DNA of 64,000 bases from NCBI RefSeq assembly GCF_964355755.1, contig NC_092675.1, positions 16,960,912-17,024,911 on the forward strand, given 5' to 3'. Below the pieces are notes generated by a model. The model saw only the letters and a list, made by a program, of their open reading frames with translations, was not told the DNA's origin and did not search any database. Shown here in pieces: positions 52,454 to 64,000 of the stretch. The stretch is from Antedon mediterranea (lineage: Eukaryota; Animalia; Echinodermata). A program made the position numbers and the translations under genes. Numbering within the stretch: position 1 is the stretch's first letter; each line of letters opens with the position of its first letter.

Positions 52454-53225
52454 CACATTTTAAACTAAATCTTACACCAAATAATTGTTATTAGTTTGAT
52501 CTTTCTATAGTAATTCCAGCTTCGATCAGCCATCAAATCCCATTTCCTATCTGTAATTTGACACTATCAAATTTTGATTGTTAGATGTTTAAAATCTCAC
52601 ATGAATACTTCACTACACCAATATATATTATGCTCCTGTTTGTAACTATCAACTTTATGAACATAAAAACATGGTAGGCATAATGTACATCTGTAAACAT
52701 CAAGATCATTATTTGGATAGTAATTTACTAAACATTAAAAACATCAAATGTGCCTAAGAATTGCAAACTTTGGTGATTTTATGAGTGTTCTCCTTGCCAT
52801 TAATTGCATATCAGCATATTCACGACATCATGCATGAGTTATGTCACAAAACAGTGATATACAGTAGCTTCATCTAAAATTATAACATGATGATCTGTTT
52901 TTGTCTTCTGATTCCCTTGGGGTAATGGGCTAACATTGTTTGTTTAATTGATTGATGGTAATAGATGTCTGATAGTCAATTATCCAAGTAATACTAAACT
53001 ACCTTATTGAAAAGAATACAAGGCAATTCGATTAATAATAACAGTATCTTGCAATTAAGTGGCATAACAGTTTTGTGATTACATAATAAGCTTACTTGCT
53101 TATCAATCCCAGGTTCAAATCTTAGACCTGTAACTATTTATATTCAATAAATAGTACAACTGTACCTAAGTTCCTAATTTCTAGATGGATCACTTTTTAG
53201 CTTTAATTATACTTTTAGCATATTA

Positions 53226-53674
53226 TTGGTGCATACCAATTCCATATTCTTGGTTGAAGTCCTAGACTGATCACTACTTAGATTTATTTATAACAATTTA
53301 GTTGAACTATTACTTGGTGCTTGCATACCAATTCCATATTCTTGGTTGAAGTCTTAGACTGATCACTACTTAGATTTATTTATAACAATTTAGTTGAACT
53401 ATTACTTGGTGCTTGCATACCAATTCCATATTCTTGGTTGAAGTCCTAGACTGATCACTACTTAGATTTATTTATAACAATTTAGTTGAACTATTACTTG
53501 GTGCTTGCATACCAATTCCATATTCTTGGTTGAAGTCTTAGACTGATCACTACTTAGATTTATTTATAACAATTTAGTTGAACTATTACCATGGTGCTTG
53601 CATACCAATTCCATATTCTTGGTTGAAGTCTTAGACTGATCACTACTTAGATTTATTTAAACATTTAGTGGAAC
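53226..53674. repeat. 92-bp minisatellite, about 4.8 copies
   Basis: GCATACCAATTCCATATTCTTGGTTGAAGTC... at 53231, 53323, 53415, 53507 and 53600. Confidence 0.96.
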
Positions 53675-54248
53675 AAATACTCTGTACTTTTACAAATTCC
53701 AATGTTCCAAATCCTAGTTTTTTTCAATTATAACTACTATTATTCTAATGGTTAGTTGCAATGCTATATGTACAGAACACATCAAGAAGACAATGTTTAA
53801 AATGTGACCCGCTTTTTGCCTATTTAAAATGCACATTACTCTCCACTTGTGATAATCTTGTACCTTGAATTATGTGTAATGAATGTGCCAAAGGGCTTTG
53901 ATTCGCCATCGATTGTTTAATTTCCATGTTGTTGACTTGAAGTCTGTTTCTCATTACAATAGTTTAAATATAGAAACCAGGTAAATGTAATTTTCTATTC
54001 AGGAAGTCCTCTGAATGCTTACCTATATGAATAACGTTCCATGTCTTTTTAACAATTTTTTCCTAAGATCTTTTTGATCTTTTTGCTATTTTGTCTAAGT
54101 ACAGTAATTAACAGAAAATGAAAACTATATTAATACTTTTATTATTTAATATTTACAAAAGTACTGGATGTATATAAAATGCGTTACAATGTTTGTTGTT
54201 CAGTATAAACATACTATTCTAATTTTAACTCAAAATATTTGTTTTTAG

Positions 54249-54347
54249 GTCATCTATTTGTCGAAGAGCATCACAGAGCGCCAGATGTATCCAAGTGGGG
54301 TGCTCCAGTTTTAATCAAGACCACCGTTCCTTTAGTTCCCAAAGAAG
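54249..54347 (+). CDS. POMGNT1: POMGNT1 coding exon 6
   Basis: tttttag|GT-HLFVEEHHRAPDVSKWGAPVLIKTTVPLVPKE-G|gtaggt, similar to human WGDPVLLKTDVPL. 99 nt, phase 1 to 1. Confidence 0.93.
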
Positions 54348-54504
54348 GTAGGTTCATTTAGTGTTACTGATTGGCTATTTAAACAATTTATTTTTCATTA
54401 AAAAATACACAAAATGACAAGAATGAAACAATAAAACATGTAAAACTCTTCTTTTTTTTAAATTGATGATAACCACATTAAAGTATATTAATTTCTTTTG
54501 ATAG

Positions 54505-54632
54505 AAGTAGAATGCAATTGGCCTGACACAGAAACGAATCGTCGTCGCCAAGAGTTTTGTAGCAAGATAGAAGGCTATGGTAGTCTATGCAGTTGTACAG
54601 ATCCAGCTCCAATTGAAATGAAGCCAGAAAAG
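54505..54632 (+). CDS. POMGNT1: POMGNT1 coding exon 7 (Cys-containing linker)
   Basis: ttttgatag|[44 protein letters not shown]|gtaaga. 128 nt, phase 1 to 0. Confidence 0.95.
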
Positions 54633-55939
54633 GTAAGAGAGTAGCTATTGAAGTTTGATTTTTAAAGACATTATCACTAAAGCTACAGTATTGCTCCACA
54701 CTTTATACCATCACAGTCAATATCATCATTCTCTACATCAACATAATATAGAATGACTTGCAATGAGAAGCAGCTATTGTCATTTTAAAATTTCGAAATA
54801 AATGTGCTGTGTCTTCCACAATATCCATCATTTTTATTGTCCGTCGTGAAACCTATCCATCATTCCCTGTTTTTCTTGTATATATTTTTTTATAAAGTTT
54901 AATTTAATACATTAATACGTTTGATGATTCCAAAATATATAAACAAATGTTTAAAAAAACAAAGTTATGTAATGAATATCCTAGGCTCATTAAGCATTAG
55001 TATTAAGATTTATATTCTGTTCATGATCATATGTATGAGAGAAAACTTTCTTACTCTGATTTCAAATTTACTAAATAAATTAAACTAGATAAAATAAAAA
55101 TTCTTCTGAATGGTTGAAATATTTTTCCTGTCCAGTTGGCTCTCATAATTCTCATCAGATATTTGATTGATTTCAGTGTAATGGATACTTTATTATTTAC
55201 TCGCATTCTCTACATTAATATGATATTTTTACCAAGCTTATTATCGATTTAGTTTTAAAATCGAAGTAATCCTTAAATAAGAACATTTTAGAACATTCGT
55301 TGCAGACTTTTAACCTAGATATGTATCATGCATTTTGTTTGAAGTAAATATTTATCTGCTATATTGAATTTTACCCTAGTTACACCATTAATGCGATATG
55401 TGTTGCCAGATTGTAATTGGTGCACTAATGATTTTATGTCATTAGTAAATTATTCTTTGCAGTACTTCAAATGTTTCAAAAAGTAAATTCAGTAAATTTG
55501 AGTAAATTGTGTCGACATTTTGGTTGTTTTAGAAACATGTTCTGGAGTAAATATTGAAATACTCTCACTTTATTTTTTTTTATTACCTCATGACTATTAA
55601 CTCATTACTATTAAAATAGACATAATAATACATATTCAAACTTTATGTTCAGTATGTTTAATTGAACATAACTTTATATAAGGTACTATTAATTAATACA
55701 GTATTATTATTTAATTAATATTTATGTACCATACTTTTCTTTTATAAAAAATGTTACTTTAGTATTGAGTAATATTATTATAAATGTTGATGTATTTTGG
55801 GTTTTAAATGATAGCCTGTTTATGCTTTTTACCTGTCCATCCTATTCTTTTTGCTATGTATTTTGTATGCGGCAGTGATGAAGTTAAATATATTAACTAC
55901 ATGAAACAATATTATTAAATAATTTTGTTTTCTTTGTAG

Positions 55940-56042
55940 CTTGTACCAAATAATATAGAAGATGTTCCAGTGATAGTGATAGCCAGTAACCGTCCTAATT
56001 ACCTATATAGAATGCTAATTGCTCTACTATCCGCCCAAGGAG
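55940..56042 (+). CDS. POMGNT1: POMGNT1 coding exon 8 (start of GT13 catalytic domain)
   Basis: tttgtag|[35 protein letters not shown]|gtaatt. 103 nt, phase 0 to 1. Confidence 0.95.
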
Positions 56043-56494
56043 GTAATTATAACATATCCTATCTGGTTTTACAATGGCATTGCTCTATATAATAATAATA
56101 ATAATAGCCAGTTAATAGTGAAATGCTTGGTAATAGTTGTGACCCAGGTAATGTACCTTCAGGTTGATTACTATTGAACACATACCTTAATTAAAACTTA
56201 TCTTATCTTCGAGGGCTGATACAACAGAAGATATTAAGCTGACTAGCATGTTTCATCTTTTTTGCAAATAGATAACTAGTGCTTAGCCTAGACATGAAGT
56301 CTACATTCAAATCAATTGTAATTTTATTAAGATGTTTCCCATGTCTGTATATATCTATTCGTCAATTGATTACAATAGAACAAATGTGGACTATATGGAT
56401 ACAATTAGCTCTCAGATGCACAGTACCTGTGATAATAAGCTCCAGTCCCTCTTACTGTTTAAAATGGAAAAGGGCTTCTATAAATTGAATCTAC

Positions 56495-58103
56495 AGTCTA
56501 TTACATGCCTGCTTACCTGGATAAATAAATCCCAACAGTTGCCCTTTTCCACGAAGTGTGAATACAATTACGAAAAGAAGAATTTTACAATAAATCACCT
56601 CCTTAATAAATGGGACACTCCGCTACAGTGCCCTCTCGTGGGACAACTTCCACCCATTACCATCATTTCTTTTTGTACTGTAAGACAGCATGAAGTTTAA
56701 GAACGAGAGGAGTATTCTTGAATTCCAAAGTCGAGCTTGAAGCTAGCCGAGGCTAAGTTTCTCTTTTATTACTTAGATACGTTGGAATTTGTTGTTAAAC
56801 AGGGCAGAAATACCTATAAATTATCGTTTACAACTTGATACGTTGTAAATCATTGTCTCGTCTGTGTACGAGACATTTCTCTACATACCAGAGTTTCTCC
56901 GGCATAGAGTATAGCATACCTTTACAAACCGATCCGCATGACATTTGTGTCCAGCGGACGCCGGCAAATTTTGCGTCTCTACCACGTCCCACAGGATGTA
57001 TTATTTCGGAAGATATCGTGCCTGAGACGGCTCCAGCAAAGGTTGCAACTAAAACCATGCCTCGCGAGGAGGAGCCTGTGGTTTTCACAGCTTCCTCGAA
57101 TGAGGCAGATCTCGCCGCCGCACCTGTTACCGTTGCGGCCTCTGTAATCCCGGAAGCAACTGAGTTATCTCCGGCGATTTTACAAGTCATCGCAGCAGCG
57201 GTGGTCCATCGACAGCATCCTCTGATACCATACTACCCGGTGCCCCCTCCTCAGACACCTTTATCGTATTCTGAGGGGCCTATAGAACCTTCAATAGTCC
57301 CTGCGCCTGACTGTATGGCCATTGTCAGGGATCAGAGACCCAGGCATTCCACATGGCCCTTCCGCCCTCGTGGCGAAATCTCGTCTACTCTTACCATCTA
57401 CAATAGCCAACTAAAACACTTCTTTACATGGTGCAGGCACCAAAAGGTAGAGCCGGGGTAGGTCAACCTCTTGCAAGTTTGTGCCTTCCTGCACTACCTG
57501 TTAAAATCAGTTCTCCAGGTTTGCACCATTTCAGACTACAGATCCGCCATTGGTGTGGTGACCCCGGTTGCACTATCTCGTCATCTCCGGTGAGCACACA
57601 GCTGATACGGGGGCTGTTCGAAAAATGACCTCCAGTCAAGGTCTTGATTCCTCGATGGGATGTTAACATCGTCCTAGCCGCTTTCACATGCCCGTCTATG
57701 AGTAAGGCTACTCTCTATAACCGCTCGCTGAAGTTCCTTCTCGCATTATCGTCATGCAAACGCCAAGGCGAGTTACACGTTCTTACCTTGGGACCAGGTC
57801 ATGTTAGGTTTGAGTGAGGCTAGTGTTCAGGAAAGATTTTCTTGCCAAGACGTTTTCGCCGTTGACTGTGTTCTTACCTGGATAAACACCCGCTCGCTGT
57901 ACCCTCAGACAAGAGGTCTTGAGAAATGATGACGGTAATGCTTCAAGTGGTCCCACGAGAGGGTGCTATAGCGGACTGTCCCAATTAGTAAGGAGGTGAT
58001 CTACTGTAAAATTCTTCTTTTCGTAATTGTTTTTGCACTTCGTGGAAAAGGGCTGCTGTCGGGTTTATCCAGGTAAGCGGCACTTATAGACTACCAACAC
58101 CAT
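56495..58103 (+). mobile_element. Internally deleted DIRS1-like tyrosine-recombinase retroelement
   Basis: About 175-bp inverted terminal repeats (56495-56670 / 57922-58092). Degenerate YR: STLTIYNSQLKHFFTWC, DYRSAI, TQLIRGLFEK*PPVKVLIPRWDVNIVL, KFLLALSSCKRQGELHVL, KDFLAKT. No RT seen. Confidence 0.85.
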
Positions 58104-58726
58104 TCCTGTTTTGTTTAATTTGAAAAAATTATCCTGTACCCCCCCCCCCCCCCTTTTTTTTTTAAGCTCCTTTTTGTCCCCAATGTCTTATTTGTCTCCC
58201 ATCCCAACATCCTAGATCCTTTCCTGGATTGATTGTTAAATTTATGAGTACAGAACCGATAGGACACCCTATTTAGGAGACACCTCTATTAAGGGGACAA
58301 TTGTTTTGTCCCAAAGATACGTCCTTAGAGGTTTTACTGTAGTATGACAATGACAACTTCTTTTATTTTCTTTGTTAATAAAGTAGATAAATAAATGACA
58401 AAATTAACATTTATAATTACAAAATTGATTTAAACAAAGAAAAGAGGAAAATTCTTGAAGCAAGCAGATATGCATATAAAAAAAAACCATTTAAATATAA
58501 AATTCAATAATAAATGTAAATCAGCTCAACATTATAATTTCCAATAAAATACTACATTTAAACTATAAGCAAACAATTTAATTTTTTGTAGCAAAAACAA
58601 ATGCTGTATTTATGCAAATGGTGGGGATGGAGGGGTATTACATGAGTACTATAGTATGGTAACTATCTTTTAGTAGGTGTTATGTGACACAAGTAACTAT
58701 CCTAAACACATACAACTTTTTTTCAG

Positions 58727-58896
58727 TGAATCCACAGATGGTAACAGTATTTATTGATGGATATTTCAATGAACCGTTAGAAGTAGTCAAGTTGTTTGGT
58801 GTTCAAGGGATTCAACATACACCAATAGGCGTCAAGAATGCTCGTATATCGCAACATTATAAGTCAAGTCTAACAGCAACTTTTAATATGCATCCG
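58727..58896 (+). CDS. POMGNT1: POMGNT1 coding exon 9
   Basis: tttttcag|[58 protein letters not shown]|gtatgt. 170 nt, phase 1 to 0. Confidence 0.96.
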
Positions 58897-60594
58897 GTAT
58901 GTAGAACAGAGTATTTAAATAATAACAACAACCATAAAATCAACAATGAAAGTGTCAGGTACGGTAGAACAAGGCATTTGTGTACAAACAATAATACAAC
59001 CATAAAAACATACATATAGTAATTAATTAGACTACTTATTACTCCATGGTATTGTGTAGGTAAAACAAATTTTACAGAAAACAACTAAAAAACCAACAAA
59101 GTAAGTCAACAACATTTAATCAAGGACAAATCCGTTTTTAATTTTGTGGGAGGAGCGCAGTCAAGTAGCAAAATTTGTATGGGTTCACCATTGAAATATT
59201 ATGAGGGTACCATTTCTCCTCCCATGAATAATTAGTTTAACATTTCCAACAACTGCCATGCCCCATCCCCTTGTCACTAGGATCTATGCCAGTGCATCTT
59301 AAATGCATTTAGTAGCTAGTATATACTTGTCAATTCACAGACAGCAGCATAAACATACAATGTGTATACATTCCTGTTTTGTATGCAAAACAAATGTAAT
59401 CATTTTTAATGATCTTGTTATTGGTCGAATGATGTACTAGTTTATTAACCTATCATCACGTCCCATTATACTTGCTTATAGATTCTATTAGTATCAACGA
59501 TCAACGCATCATTATGTTTTGAGGTATTCAACTTCTCTTATAATCACAATTTGATGATATCAAATGTACATTCATTATATCTGTTATTATTAAAATTCAA
59601 CTTGCGAATGTGATAATGCCTTTCCATTTCTTGTAACATATCCAGTGCAAACTCTGATATTTCTCCCACGAGATACTGGTTGATATAAGATACTGTATCT
59701 ATGTCATTCTCAAACAATATTAATTATTATTGTTGTTCAAGAATTATTTAATTACTTAGTAATTTATGATTGTGGTTTGATGCCTACAACTTTCTTGATA
59801 ATTATCCCAACATTTCTTAAAACAGAATTATAGGTATAGATTTATATACATTTTTGTACTAGTAGGACAACTTTGGCTTAGTACAGTATATGAGGTATGA
59901 ATAGGTGTACAATCCGAATTTCCTCGGTTTCCAGTTAGGCTTGAGGACCAGAATAAATACCTTTCAGGATGTAATTTTTTTTTCCAATACAGTTAAGTTT
60001 TCTACAACTTAGGTTTTATTTTCATTTCATTTGTTGAACCAACAACTTCATTTCCAGAGTGACACCACAATGTACATCATGAATCGTTTAAATAACTTTC
60101 TTTTTGGAGTTAACTCAATAAAATGTCCCAAATACAATAAAAATTAGTCATCAATAATTTTTCTCATGTGAGTTGAAATGTCAAAATGGTACAACCATGT
60201 TATTTATTCCTTGAAGAGAAATCAGAGGTTAAACTGTCATAGTGTTTTATCAGTCAAGCTTGTAATTCTGTGAAGCTTGTAATTCTGTGAAAAAGACAAG
60301 ACGTGCATGGAAGGAAGGTGAATCAGCTATAGGCTAAAGGGTTCTTGTAATATGACAGTTTAGGATATATTTACATTGTCACTACTAAAAACTGACAAGA
60401 TTACAAATTTATTGTAGATAGGATTTCACATATAAAGTAATGGTGTTCTTTATACATCAATATTGTTCAGAGAAATCATGTTGTAAAAATACATATTTTA
60501 TGACCTAATATGATTGCTGCTTTCAGAAAATATTTGCAGTGTTAAATCAAAATTTAAGATGTCTGTTGTTTTTTCTGTGTAATTAACTGCAGTG

Positions 60595-60745
60595 ACTGTG
60601 GATTCCCTATAAAGAGACATCCTCCAAATAAGGGTCAGTCATAATGTTAAAACATTGCTCCTCATTTGTTTCATGGAAAACTGTCCCCTTAATAAGACTG
60701 CCCCCTGAATAAGACTGCCCCCTTAATAAGACTGCCCCCTGAATA
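60595..60745. repeat. pogo-like MITE remnant with 19-bp tandem units; similar remnants at about 58250-58342 and 63065-63168
   Basis: AATAAGACTGCCCCC repeated three times at 19-bp spacing, with GACA(C/T)CCTC motifs. Confidence 0.5.
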
Positions 60746-61588
60746 GGTATATCACAAAGTATACTACTTTGATCAACTTATTTATGAATGTAAAGAAGCA
60801 ACTCAAATATTTGTGAAGTTTTGACAATTTATAATGATAGCAGACAGTTGTGGATCCAAGATTTTTTGGAAAGGAACTAGTTCGAGAGAGTTAGGGAGTG
60901 CTGTTGAGGGAAAAAAATGAAAAGCTGATACAAACTTACAACTGTTCAAAAAACTTGCATTGTATTTATATTTTGATGTGATCCGAGCCAAGTTGTGTCT
61001 TTTGTATTGCAAGTAGTAGAAGGAATAGTAATTACTGTATGACAATTTATTCCAGGCTGTATTCTAGGAACTTCTTGTTGCCTCTTTGTTATACAGTACT
61101 TAGGAGTAGGAGTAAGTAATTTACAAATGAGGATTTAATTAGGATTAGGTAGGTAATTATTAATCTGTTTATCTATAATGCCGATGAACTTGATGATGAA
61201 AGCGATTTAAAATGAATAGAATATGGAGACCTCCAACTTCATAGATTAACAGCTCCCACAGGCAACCCATTTATCTTGAATTTAAAACCATCTCCCACAA
61301 GTACCAAAGTGCATAATATAATTAGATCTGTGGTATGGTGTCAAAGAGTACAACATTGTACATTCAACATCCACACATACATTCAACTGAAAATGTTGTG
61401 ACGTAAATGTATTTGCCCACTCTGCTTTGTTTCATCTTCAAAATGTTTTATTTTAGGAATATCACTCTCCAAGTACCAATTTCAATTTGTTCTTATGTTG
61501 TACAAACTTGTTGAACCTGATTTCTTCCTGTTCTTATGTTGTTAAAAACAATATGTTGCGAAATACATCTGTTCTCCATGAATTTACA

Positions 61589-61695
61589 TTTTTAGTCGCG
61601 TGCAACGCGACTCTACAGCACACTATGTGGGTTGGTCAGTTGGTCGGTAAACACTAACTTGAGCACGTGACTGCAGCCATGTATATGGCCTTATT
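61589..61695 (+). mobile_element. Miniature DINE-1/HINE-like element (about 105 bp)
   Basis: T-run, AGTCGCGT-GCA-ACGCGACT hairpin, GTTGGTC repeats, 3' subTIR CACGTGACT, hairpin GCCAT-GTAT-ATGGC. Confidence 0.7.
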
Positions 61696-62271
61696 GTTAG
61701 TGGTTTTGCAACTTTTTCAGTTAAATCTTAAAAAACCAATCAAATAAACATTCATTTTGTGTATAATAACCAGTCAACATTTAATCAAAAACATTCTGTA
61801 ACTTGTAAAATACTATATTGAAATAAAGGGTATATTTATGTGTTTTTTGCATACTGTAACTATTTTATAATAACTCATGTCATTTCATGTCAATACAACA
61901 TCATCAAACACTAAGTCTAATATTAATACAACACCTCTGGGTTTCATACTGCATATCTTGCCATCCTCTGTGCTCCAGTTTTTAAACTAAGTTCAAACAC
62001 ATTCATATTACTTGTTATTAATTTGATAGTTTTCTGTCTGTCATCATCTCCACCATCATCTTGCTCTCTTCTTTTAAAAATCATTAACTTCAGATGAGTA
62101 AAGTTTATTTATCCTAGAGGCTTGTCTACTTCACTACCCCTGGAGCAAAACACCAAAATGAAGAATCGGTTTGTTTTCTTCAATGTAATCTTCTTCACCT
62201 TTAACCTTTAACCTTTAACCCATATTGTACAGAATTCTTTCTTTCCTAACTAAACTGTTTCTTTGTTACAG

Positions 62272-62330
62272 AAAGCAGAGTATGTCATTATTTTAGAAGA
62301 AGATCTAGATGTATCTGAGGATTTTTTTAG
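62272..62330 (+). CDS. POMGNT1: POMGNT1 coding exon 10 (EED metal-binding motif)
   Basis: gttacag|KAEYVIILEEDLDVSEDFF-AG|gtaagg. 59 nt, phase 0 to 2. Confidence 0.95.
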
Positions 62331-62977
62331 GTAAGGGTAAAATTGAATTCGTTTATGTTTAATTTTATTTGTAAAAATGTAATAAATAAAGTAGAATTTA
62401 ATTACTTCTGTAGTCACTTTGACAAATTAAAAAAAAGTTGGATTTACTGTAAATGCTAATACTGATTCGGCCTAAACAATTCTTATGTTGCCCAAGTCCA
62501 ACTCTAAAGTTTAGAAAATCTGTCAATTTTTTTAACTTAATTACTTAGTACAGTATATTAAACATCAAAAAACGCCTTTAACACTGTACCTAGACTTCTT
62601 TTGAACAAACATCCTTGTTTAGTTGAATGTGAATGCATGAGTGATTTTTCTATAGTGCCCTCTGTTTTTTGGTTTTTTTTTATATTTAGGACCAATACTA
62701 ATTTTTTTTGTTGCAAGAATTCATATTTACATTTACACAAAATCAGCAAGGAAAAAATATTCAACCAAAACTCTATGCTTGGGCAACATAACAATTTTTG
62801 GGCCTTAGTATTTCTTACTGTGATGAGTCAGTCATTAAAGTTGACATTAAATTCATATAAAAAGTTTAAATGTGCTTTATAAAGTCAATGTATTTGTTTG
62901 TGACAATGTTGACAGCTGTATCATTCTTGATTTATAGTCTTGAATATTGTGTCTAATATTTTTGTTGTTCTGATTAG

Positions 62978-63050
62978 TTTTTTTAGTCAAACCAAACATT
63001 TATTAGATGAAGATGATAGTATATATTGTATATCTGCATGGAATGACCAG
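62978..63050 (+). CDS. POMGNT1: POMGNT1 coding exon 11
   Basis: tgattag|[25 protein letters not shown]|gttagt. 73 nt, phase 2 to 0. An alternative in-frame acceptor ends at 62986. Confidence 0.92.
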
Positions 63051-63588
63051 GTTAGTAAACAACACACAGTAGAACCGCTTAAGGGGATAACTGTGGTTGA
63101 TACCTAGAGTTATAACATATAGTGCTAAGTATCCTCTCTGAGGTGTCCTTAAAGGAGGGGTTCTACTTTAAAAAGATTGATTGAACTGTAATAAAATTTG
63201 AAATAAATGGCTGTGCACGGTATTTTCTTTGTTTAAAAAAATATTGTTATTAACTGTACTAAATATATACCTTGAAGATTGTGACTTGTCCCTTCAACAT
63301 CATAGCTTATAACTCTTCATTTGCATACGGGCGAAACTTAAGTGGTGGTCAGACCATGTTTTAGCTACAAAATGTAACTTTCTTTGACAAGCATAGTGAT
63401 GTTGTGTTTATAAAACACAATGTCCGTTAAAAAGCAAAAGGTCTTGTGAGATGTATTATGTGGATGAGTAAGGATGTGTCCTCAACAAGAGGTGACTGCT
63501 TTCTATAACACATCTACCATAATAAAATTATTATCGAAATTTTTAATGTGTTAATTATGTTTATTATCTCAATTTCTTTGGTTTGCAG

Positions 63589-63717
63589 GGTTATGAGCAT
63601 ACATGCAATGACCCTAGTCTACTGTATAGAGTAGAGACAATGCCTGGCCTAGGCTGGATGCTAAAACGTAGCCTTTATAAAGAGGAGTTAGAGCCTCATT
63701 GGCCAACCCCAGAAAAG
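63589..63717 (+). CDS. POMGNT1: POMGNT1 coding exon 12 (gene continues beyond window)
   Basis: tttgcag|[43 protein letters not shown]|gtaaga. 129 nt, phase 0 to 0, no stop codon. Confidence 0.96.
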
Positions 63718-63927
63718 GTAAGATAAAAGTAAAACCATCCAACCAGGCAATTGAGGTTCGTGAATCATGTATTTTATCCATGTTTCACGACCATCTGTGT
63801 CTGTTAGATTACTGTCATCTTTTTGTCTGCCTTCCCAAAATAAAAATAATTTCATTTTATTTATCAACTTACAAATCTTCAAGGAATTACATTCTTTCAA
63901 TAATTCCAATCATATACACATGTATTT

Positions 63928-64000
63928 CAGGGCCGTAGCCAGGATCTGTCAAGGGGGGGTTCGGACACTAAATATTTGGGTCAAAGTGCCAAAAACCCGG
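63928..64000. mobile_element. Start of a CAG-terminus MITE (runs off the window)
   Basis: CAGGGCCGTAGCCAG...GGGGGGG resembles the TIR of the 7067-7201 element. Confidence 0.45.

Noticed and set aside
2239-63588. Intronic tRNA, snoRNA or nested protein-coding genes
   Set aside because: None recognisable by eye. A covariance-model search (Rfam, tRNAscan-SE) would be needed to exclude them.

Overview
AT-rich eukaryotic (invertebrate-animal-like) genomic DNA, not prokaryotic. The window lies almost entirely inside one large spliced + strand gene, POMGNT1 (protein O-linked-mannose beta-1,2-N-acetylglucosaminyltransferase 1). I traced 12 coding exons by hand from ATG 2110 to 63717. All introns are GT-AG, all phases are consistent, and the exons total 1446 nt (482 codons). 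The C-terminal exons lie beyond the window. The introns (the first after the start codon is about 23.4 kb) are packed with mostly non-autonomous transposable elements: PIF/Harbinger MITEs (two carry Myb/SANT remnants), Helentron/DINE-1-like elements including a self-nested pair, an AcademH-like element with a 9-bp TSD, an internally deleted DIRS-type tyrosine-recombinase element plus a solo terminal repeat, pogo/Tc1-like MITEs, L2/CR1 and RTE LINE 3' ends, and minisatellites. Most short ORFs in the supplied track are spurious. The most notable observations are a PAM2-like motif in the POMGNT1 cytosolic tail, a strong excess of TACAGTA/TACTGTA and TAGGCCTA words resembling excision footprints, and conserved sense-strand splice donors in the DIRS termini. 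I found no convincing new multi-gene system. Superfamily labels for non-coding elements are inferred from termini and TSDs only.
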